DNA of 64,000 nucleotides from Octopus vulgaris (Eukaryota): the NCBI GenBank assembly GCA_951406725.2, contig OX597837.1:40052001-40116000 (forward strand), given 5' to 3'. The position numbers and the translations under genes were made by a program. Below, in pieces: positions 55,552 through 64,000 of the stretch (positions within the stretch are counted from its first letter, which is position 1; the number at the start of each line of letters is the position of its first letter). The notes below the pieces were generated by a model. The model saw only the letters and a list, made by a program, of their open reading frames with translations, was not told the origin of the DNA and ran no database searches.

Positions 55552-56150
55552 CTATAGTATATAAAGATTATATAAAGCCAATATCAACTAAAATGTACCA
55601 CAGCCCGATGAAGGCTATCAATCGGAACTTCGAAGTCACTGTCAATTCCTTTTTCTTGTAAAAATGTTATTATCACGCACACACTCACAGACCCCACATA
55701 TATATGAATGGATAAGAAAGAACAGCCATTCCGAACTAATGAGAAACATTTAGCTCTTATATGTAGTATATAGATTTTTTTTATTATTATTAACTATTAT
55801 CAAAGGAGCCCTGGGCCATGTTACAACAAATTGGCACAGAAGCCTAGAAATACTGGGGGTTCTCCAAGAAGAACAAAGCAATTTGACTTGCATTCTTCAA
55901 ATACAATCGATTAATGGCATTGAGAAGACTTCTGAAGCATTCTAGAGATTTCAATGTGCGTTTCCTAGAAAATGGAAGTATGCAGACGATCACATGCTCA
56001 TGTGATATACATCCGAAAACGTGCGGACAGACATACGTAAACAGTTTTGGAATAAGCGCACACACACACACTTGTGAATTAAAGTGCAATTACAACCATT
56101 ACTTGAGCGGAGATTGATACACACGTTCATTGTCACACACATACATACAC

Positions 56151-56213
<63 letters not shown>

Positions 56214-56235
56214 CATACATATATACATACAAAGG

Positions 56236-56281
<46 letters not shown>

Positions 56282-56768
56282 CATACTGCTTCCATATATA
56301 CATACATGCATACATACATACATACATACATGCATACATACATGCATACATACATATATACATACAAAGATACATACATATGTACATACATACATACATA
56401 TATACATACAAAGAATCATATATACATACATACATACATGCATACATACATACAAAGATACATACATATATACATACATACATATATACATACATACATA
56501 TATACATACAAAGATACATATATACATACATACATGCATACATACAAAGATACATATATACACACATACATACATACATACATGCATACATACATACATA
56601 CATACGTACATACATACACACATACATACATGTACACTCACATTCGCATCTTCACTACTCTCATGAACTCACTTGAGTAAACAAAAGATCGTTGCCACTT
56701 TGTGAGTGACTTTCTTGAAAACTCTGTAAATTACTGGCTGAAAAAAATCTCACTCAAAAGACTGTATG

Positions 56769-56800
<32 letters not shown>

Positions 56801-56980
56801 TGTATGTATGTATGTATGTATGTATCTATCTATCAATCTATATTCCTTTCTTTCTTTTTCTTTCTTTCTGTCTGTCTGTCTGTCTGTTCTCCTATCTATC
56901 TAGTTATCTGTCCGTCTATCTGTCTATGTATGTATGTATGTATGTATGTATGTATGTATGTATGTATGTATGTATGTATG

Positions 56981-57017
<37 letters not shown>

Positions 57018-58129
57018 GTGTATCTATTCGTGTGTGTGAGTGTGTGTGCGCGCCCTTCTGTCTCTGTCTGTCCCCCAACCCGCTCGGCACGCGGTATTGG
57101 TGTGTGCTTATGTTCCGAGAATTCAGCGCTTCACCATCCCTATTTGCCTCCCATCCTCTCCTCCCTCCCTCCCCCATGTCTCTCTTTCTATCTATATTTA
57201 TACAGATAGATATACAATGGGGTTCCACATTTACCCTCTGCCATATTCACCCACAATGCATCGATCGGTGCAGGACAGAGAGCAGAAGGCAGTCACCCAA
57301 GGATCCCCGCAGTGGGACTGAACACAAAAACCACGTGGTTTCAACGAGATTTCCTTCACTACACAGCCTCCTACATTTTGCGTTGAAATCCCGCTAAAGT
57401 CAAATTAGGCATTATTCTTTCCGAGGTTCGATAAAATAAAGTACTTGTGAATTAGTGGCTCGATCTAAAATCCCAATAAAGCGTTTCAGATGTGAATGGA
57501 TTTATAATGGGAAACTAACATAGAGAGTATTTAGTATCCACATACAAACAAACGAGGTTTGGACTTAGTCATGAAAAATAATCGATGTAAAACTTAAAGG
57601 GAGATGGACGGGAAAAAGAGCAGAATCCATGGTATTCTTTTGTTGGCATTAGGATTAAGCTGGATTAAGGAAAGTAAATAACATTTTGCGAATTCTTTAA
57701 AATTTTGGGTTTAGTTTGGAATTATTGGGAAAATAAGAGGAAAAAGTTATCCGTGGATCAATAGTGTTTTCTTTCTGCATTTCAGAATTTGAGAAATCGA
57801 ATTTTTTCTTGTTCAATCATTTTTTTTTTTTATTGATCTTTCCATACACGAGCTCAGTTTGAAAGCTTTGGAATGAAAACAAGACATTAAAATGTTGTTG
57901 TTATTGTTGTTGACTCCACTACTTCAATTCTGATTGGATTGGCTTATCGTTGAAGACGCTCAAACCGTGACCATCCTGTCCTTGTTGTATCTTCTAATAA
58001 GTTATTTTTTTTTATTAAACGTAACTAATCCGGAAACATTTTGATACCACCTCGTTTAAGTGTCTGAGATCACAATATTTCCACCCACTCTGAACGGGAC
58101 ACCTGTCTGTTGCAGGGTCATGGGTCAGC

Positions 58130-59095
58130 AATTCTGAAGGAAGGGTAGAAGTCGATTATATTGACCCCTGTACTTGATTGGTACTTTGTTTCATCGACCC
58201 CCTAAGGTGGGAAAGACTAACTTAATCACTGCGTGATTCGCACTCTGAACGTAAAGAAGCGGAAGAAAAAAATTGTCATTGAGGCGCTAAAATTCCTGCC
58301 ACAGCGCCACCTATGCCATATTAGATAAGTGTAATTGGTGGTGAGCTGGAAGAAGCGCTATGACGCCGGATAAAATGCTCAGAAGCATCTCGTCCGTCTT
58401 CACATTCTAAGTTAAAATTCTGTGGAGGTCGACTTTATCTTTCACCCTATTCGGGTTACATAAAATAAGTACCAGCTGAGTACTGGGGTCGATGTAATCA
58501 ACTTAGTACCTCCCCGAAAACACTGGCTTTGTGCCAAAAGTTTGAAATCAATATATAAGTGTAACAATGGTTCCAAACCTTAACACTTGGTCATTAATTT
58601 TAGGGAGGGGTTAGTCGAGTCTTTGCTATTCTAGGCACAAGGCCAGTCGATTAGACCGACCCCAGTAAACTACTGGTAATTAATTTATAGACCCCGAAAG
58701 GATGAAAAACAAAGTCGACCTCGGCGGAGTTTGAACTCAAAAACGTAAAGACAGACGTAATACCTATTTTTTTACTACCCACAAGGGGCTAAACACAGAA
58801 GGGACAAACAAGGACAGACAAACGGATTAAGTCGATTATATCAACATCAGTGCGCAACTGGTACTTATTTAATCGACCCCAAAAGGATGAAAAACAAAAT
58901 CGACCTCGGCGGAATTTGAACTCAAAACATAAAGACAAATGAAATAGCTATAAGCATTTCGCCCGGCAATCTAACGTTTCTTCCAGCTCGCCGCCTAAGG
59001 GGTCAGTCGGTTACATCGATCCTATTATTCGACTGGTACTTTTATCGAATCTGAGAGGCAAAATCGACTACGGCGGAATTTGAACTCGGAACGAA
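58130..59095. mobile_element. cluster of about 5 SINE-D bodies in both orientations
   Basis: Minus copy 58130-58315; plus copy 58335-58553 flanked by ataagtgtaa; minus chain 58620-58997 with a beta junction at 58764. Confidence 0.85.
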
Positions 59096-59403
59096 AATCT
59101 GGAAGAAATGTTTGGTGCGATTGCAATTTTGATACTTAGCCCCCTTTTAGGATGGTGATTAGAAGGGTCTTTTTCACATGAATAGAAAAAAGATAGGGAA
59201 AGAAGAGAAAAAAGGGACAAATAGGATAGATTTTAATTCTGTTTATAAATATTTATACGCGGGAAATTAGATGCGAGATCGATGATACTCATATCGAACT
59301 TACAAGAATTTATTGATAGGAATATTAAAAAAAAAAAAATTCTTTTCTTTGCCAATCACAATTATGGAATACTTCTCTCATTTCCCTCATATACGAAGGG
59401 GCT

Positions 59404-59718
59404 ATGGAGGCGCAATGGCCCAGTGGTTAGGGCAGCGGTCTCGCGGTCGTAGGATCGCGGTTTCGATTCCCAGACCATGCTGTACTCTTTCACCACAACT
59501 TTCTCTCACTCTTACTTCCTGTTTCTGTTGTACCTGTACTTCAAAGGGCCGGCCTTGTCACTCTCTGTGTCACGCTGAATATCCCCGAGAACTACGTTAA
59601 GGGTACACGTGTCTGTGGAGTGCTCAGCCACTTACACGTTAATTTCACGAACAGGCTGTTCCGTTGATTTGGATCAACCGGAACCCTCGTCGTCGTAACC
59701 GACGGAGTGCTTCCATCC
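59404..59718 (+). mobile_element. SINE-B(T2) with an internal deletion
   Basis: 13-bp TSD atacgaaggggct at 59391-59403 and 59719-59731. Confidence 0.92.
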
Positions 59719-59990
59719 ATACGAAGGGGCTGAAATGTTCCTGGCTTTGTGTAAAAGAAAATACAGGAGCATAAATTAATTCGGTTATTCAATATTTTCC
59801 CCTCTCAAATTTACTCATTTATAGCAGCTGTCCTTTGGTTTTTTCTAAGGCCTGTAAAATAACTCGGAAATTAGGGCCTCCTAATACGACTTTCGTGATA
59901 CCCTTAAAACCAGGAACTATTCAGAACACCCTCGTGAATATCTCTTAAGTCTTTTCTTCGTAGAAATAATACATCAGATATTATATATAT

Positions 59991-60395
59991 AGGCGCAGGA
60001 GTGGCTCTGTGGTAAGTAGCTTGCTAACCAACCACATGGTTCCGGGTTCAGTCCCACTGCGTGGCATCTTGGGCAAGTGTCTTCTGCTATAGCCCCAGGC
60101 CGACCAATGCCTTGTGAGTGGATTTGGTAGACGGAAACTGAAAGCAGCCCGTCGTATATATGTTTATGTATGTGTGTGTGTGTGTGTGTGTGTCTGTGTT
60201 TGTCCCCCTAGCATTGCTTGACAACCGATGCTGGTGTGTTTACGTCCCCGTCACTTAGCGGTTCGGCAAAAAGAGACCGATAGAATAAGTACTGGGCTTA
60301 CAAAAAGAATAAGTCCCGGGGTCAATTTGCTCGACTAAAAGGCGGTGCTCCAGCATGGCCGCAGTCAAATGACTGAAACAAGTAAAAGAGTAAAG
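59991..60395 (+). mobile_element. SINE family A, full length; another copy at 62225-62630
   Basis: Complete from the head to the 3' aaaagagtaaaga end. Confidence 0.95.
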
Positions 60396-60821
60396 AGAGA
60401 GAGAGTATCCAATGTATTGATTTCAGAAAGATTCCACTGTCGAAGAATCTGCGTATCTTTGCAAAATCGTAAGAGTTTGCGAATCAAATCAAAATTAATT
60501 TCCTTTCGAATTATTTTCTATTTGAATTACTATTTGTTATTACAGTGATAGTATTTCATTTATTTTAGCTATTTTTTTAAAGAAATAGTTTTATCAGAAT
60601 TTCGTTTCTGTTTCGTAGAGTTTGTTTAATACGGAATGCGAAACTTCGTATTTATCTTTATCATTATTTCATGTAGATTTTTAACCTTCATTTATTTATT
60701 CTATTTACATCTAGTTGCATATCTCGTCATATTAGCGCGTATATTTTACACATCTTTCAACGTCACCTTGTACATCACGCATTTATCACTATATTAGCAT
60801 ATATATATATATTATACACAT

Positions 60822-61127
60822 GTGGAGGCGCAATGGCCCAGTGGTTAGGGCAGCGGACTCGCGGTCGTAGGATCGCGGTTTCGTTTCCCAGACCGGGCGT
60901 TGTGAGTGTTTATTGAGCAAAAACACCTAAAAGCTTCACGACAGCTCCGGCAGGGGATGGTGGTGATCCCTGCTGTACTCTTTCACGACTCTTTCTCTCT
61001 TTCTTCTGTTGGCCTGCTCGCTTAGCCAGCGGGGTGGCGTCATTCGAAGGCTAAAACAATGCGAAGCGCATTGTGACCAGCGATGTATAACACCATCTGA
61101 TGGTCTGGTCGGTCACGTGATCACGTG
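60822..61127 (+). mobile_element. SINE-B(T1), full length
   Basis: TSD attatacacat at 60811-60821 and 61128-61138. Confidence 0.93.
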
Positions 61128-61188
61128 ATTATACACATATTACCAAGTTAGTCTGTACTTTACACATTTGATCATCAATTTAACCCGT

Positions 61189-62061
61189 GGAGTCGATGTA
61201 ATCGACTTAATCCCTTTGTCTGTCCTTGTTTCCCCCCTCTATGTTTAGCCCCTTGTGGGTAATAAAGAAATAAGAAACATTAGCACGAGTGGTGAAATGC
61301 TTAGCGGTATTTCGTCTGCCGTTACGTTCTGAGTTCAAATTCCGCCGAGGTCGACTTTGCCTTTCATCCTTTCGGGGTCGATTAAATAAGTACCAGTTAC
61401 GCACTGAGGTTGATATAAACGAATTAATCCGTTTGTCTGACCTTGTTTGTCCTCTCTGTGTTTAGCCCCTTGTGGGTAGTAACGAGAAATAGATATTTCG
61501 TCTGCCGCTACGTTCTGAGTTCAAATTCCGCCCAGGTCTACTTTGCCTTTCATCCTTTCGGGGTCGATAAATTAAGTACCAATTACGCACTGAGGTTGAT
61601 ATAAACGACTTAATCTGTTTGACTGTCCCTGTTTGTTCTCTCTGTGTTTAGCCCCTTGTGGGTAGTAAAGAAATAGATATTTCGTCTGCCGCTACGTTCT
61701 GAGTTCAAATGCCGCCCAGGTCTACTTTGCCTTTCATCCTTTCGGGGTCGATAAATTAAGTACCAATTACGCACTGAGGTTGATATAAACGACTTAATCT
61801 GTTTGACTGTCCCTGTTTGTTCTCTCTGTGTTTAGCCCCTTGTGGGTAGTAAAGAAATAGGTATTTCGTCTGCCGCTACGTTCTGAGTTCAAATTCCGCC
61901 CAGGTCTACTTTGCCTTTCATCCTTTCGGGGTCGATAAATTAAGTACCAATTACGCACTGAGGTTGATATAAACGACTTAATCTGTTTGTCTGTCCCTGT
62001 TTGTTCTCCCTGTGTTTAGCCCCTTGTGGGTAGTAAAGAAATAGGTATTTCGTCTGCCGCT
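61189..62061 (+). repeat. SINE-D(beta) chain with 184-bp periodicity
   Basis: Unit starts at 61306, 61492, 61676, 61860 and 62044; the last three full units are near identical. Confidence 0.95.
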
Positions 62062-62769
62062 GTATTGTCACATTCACTCGCACTATATATATATATCTTG
62101 CCATGTTTTCTCGAATATTTCACATGTATCCTAATGTTAGCTCTTAAATTATATACATATTGTTCTGTTAGATCATATCTGACACATCAACCGCCACAAT
62201 AGCTCGTAAATTACACATGTTTATAGGCGCAGGAGTGGCTGTGCGGTAAGTAGCTTGCTTACCAACCACATGGTTATGGGTTCAGTTCTACTGCGTGGCA
62301 CTTTGGGTTAGTGTCTTCTACTATAGCCTCGGGCCGACCAAAGCCTTGTCAGACGGAAACTGAAAGAAGCCCGTCATATATATGTATATGTATATATATG
62401 TATATATGTGTGTGTGCGTGTTTGTGTGTCTTTGTTTGTCCCCACACCATCACCTGACAAGCGATGCTGGTGTGTCTACGCCCCTGTAACTTTGCGGTTC
62501 GGCAAAAGATTCCCATAGAATAAGTACTAGGCTTACTAGGAATAAGTTCTGGGGCTGATATGCTCGACTAAAGACGGTACTCCAGCATGGCCTCAGTCAA
62601 ATGACTGAAACAAGTAAATTAGTAAAAACAGAATGGTATGTATACTACACACGTATCGCTGCGTTAGCTCGTACATTACACCTGTGTTACTCCGTTAGCA
62701 GGTACATTTCACACCTACCGCCAAGGTTAGCTCGTATATTAAACATGTATCACTACGTTATATCATGCA

Positions 62770-63149
62770 CTAACAGTATCGCCCGGCGTTGCTTAGGTTT
62801 GTTTTGACCCTTTAGAATTGGAATTTTTGAAGAGTAGACATTTTGCATTATGTAGCTTGTTATTCTCTTTGGGTGAACATTTTTCTGGTTGAAATACACC
62901 GAAAAATGGCGACACAGCAGTAAAAAAATCGGGATTTTCATAGAAAAGAAGCACCTTTTTGATTTAAATAATTTTTGGTCTTAACATGATCCGATTTAAA
63001 TTTTATCTTCTACGGAAGGAAGAGAAAGCCTTCTTCTATCACACTGTCAATTTTGGTCAACTTGCGTCTAAGGGTCTCGAAGGAGATAGTGTTAGTTAAA
63101 GGCTACCAAACCTGCCACACACAGACAACTTCAGCTTTATATATATAGA
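62770..63149 (-). mobile_element. non-autonomous Helitron, same family as 3698-4087
   Basis: Colinear with the 3698 element; termini TC...TTAG; A/T target. Confidence 0.85.
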
Positions 63150-63780
63150 TTACGCATGTTTTGCCACGTTACCTGCTGCATAACATATCTATAGCCACGC
63201 TAGTTCAAACATTACACACAAATCTCTACATTAGCTCACTCATTACGCAAATACCACCACGTTAGTTCGTCTTAATACACTGAAATCTTGTTACATGTAC
63301 CGCCGTCACCAAAAAGAAGCGGTCGATTTACAAATCATTTTCCAGTGAAAAATTTTCTTTTGATAAATGACTTGCAAGTCACGATATCTCTGTAATAGTA
63401 AAATTACCGTGTTTCTTACTAGTTTATTATTTACAATAAATTCGAATAAAGAAGATTGCTAAATAATTAAATTACACAGTTAATATTATATTGTGTTTGT
63501 AGTAGTTTACTCAAGACTTTTAAACTGTAAGTCGTACGATTCTTTCTGCCAATTTAGTCAAAATTATTTCTAAAATCCGATTACCAAAGCAAAATGCAGT
63601 TCATTTGATGGATAGAAATAAAATGCAATAAAATCAGTTTAATTATATAAATTCTGAAGTGTAACTGCAGACTTAGAATATTCACATCCATATTATTCAT
63701 GTGTGTGTTTTGCATTTATTTGGTAAATGAACATCAATGATCTATTTAACATCTGATGGTCGGTCGGACACGTGATCACG

Positions 63781-63823
<43 letters not shown>

Positions 63824-63826
<3 letters not shown>

Positions 63827-64000
63827 CGTGATCACGTGTCCGACCAGACCATCAGATGTTGTTACACATCGCTGGTTACAATGCGTTCGCATTGTTTTTT
63901 TTAGCCTTCGAATGACGCCACCCCGCTGGCTAAGCGAGCAGGCCAACAAAAGAAAGAGTGGTGAAAGAGTACAGCTGGGATCACGACCCACTGCCGGAGC
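63824..64000 (-). mobile_element. SINE-B(T1) 3' part, running off the window
   Basis: Reverse complement of the tail at 60960-61127. Confidence 0.9.

Noticed and set aside
55600-55642. Hammerhead-like acag-cccgatga..gaagtc-actgt
   Set aside because: Stem I and a partial core are visible, but stem II and GAAA are decayed; counted only as a weak variant
60822-60895. tRNA genes at the heads of B, C and the 46177 element
   Set aside because: A and B boxes are present, but there is no paired acceptor stem and each continues into a SINE body

Overview
AT-rich, repeat-saturated eukaryotic DNA with the character of an intron or intergenic region. From remembered repeat families (not a database search) it is most likely an octopus or other coleoid cephalopod. 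Almost all ORFs in the track are translated microsatellites. The window holds four tRNA-headed SINE families (my labels A-D), decayed LINE fragments (CR1-group, RTE, R4/Dong, Tx1), a Gypsy integrase relic, Tc1/mariner, piggyBac and Helitron relics, non-autonomous Helitrons and fold-back elements. The only plausible host coding sequence is a terminal exon at 24192-24406, perhaps with a small upstream exon. Three results stand out. (1) Several unrelated small non-coding elements carry type I hammerhead ribozyme motifs in Penelope-like inverted layouts, including one with a tRNA/Pol III head and a target-site duplication (TSD). (2) SINE-D carries a putative Tx1-type 3' tail and builds head-to-tail chains at two fixed sites inside its own head. 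(3) SINE heads and tails are combined in a mix-and-match way, and the partner LINE of SINE-A is visible in the window. All structures and translations were read by eye, and repeat boundaries are approximate.
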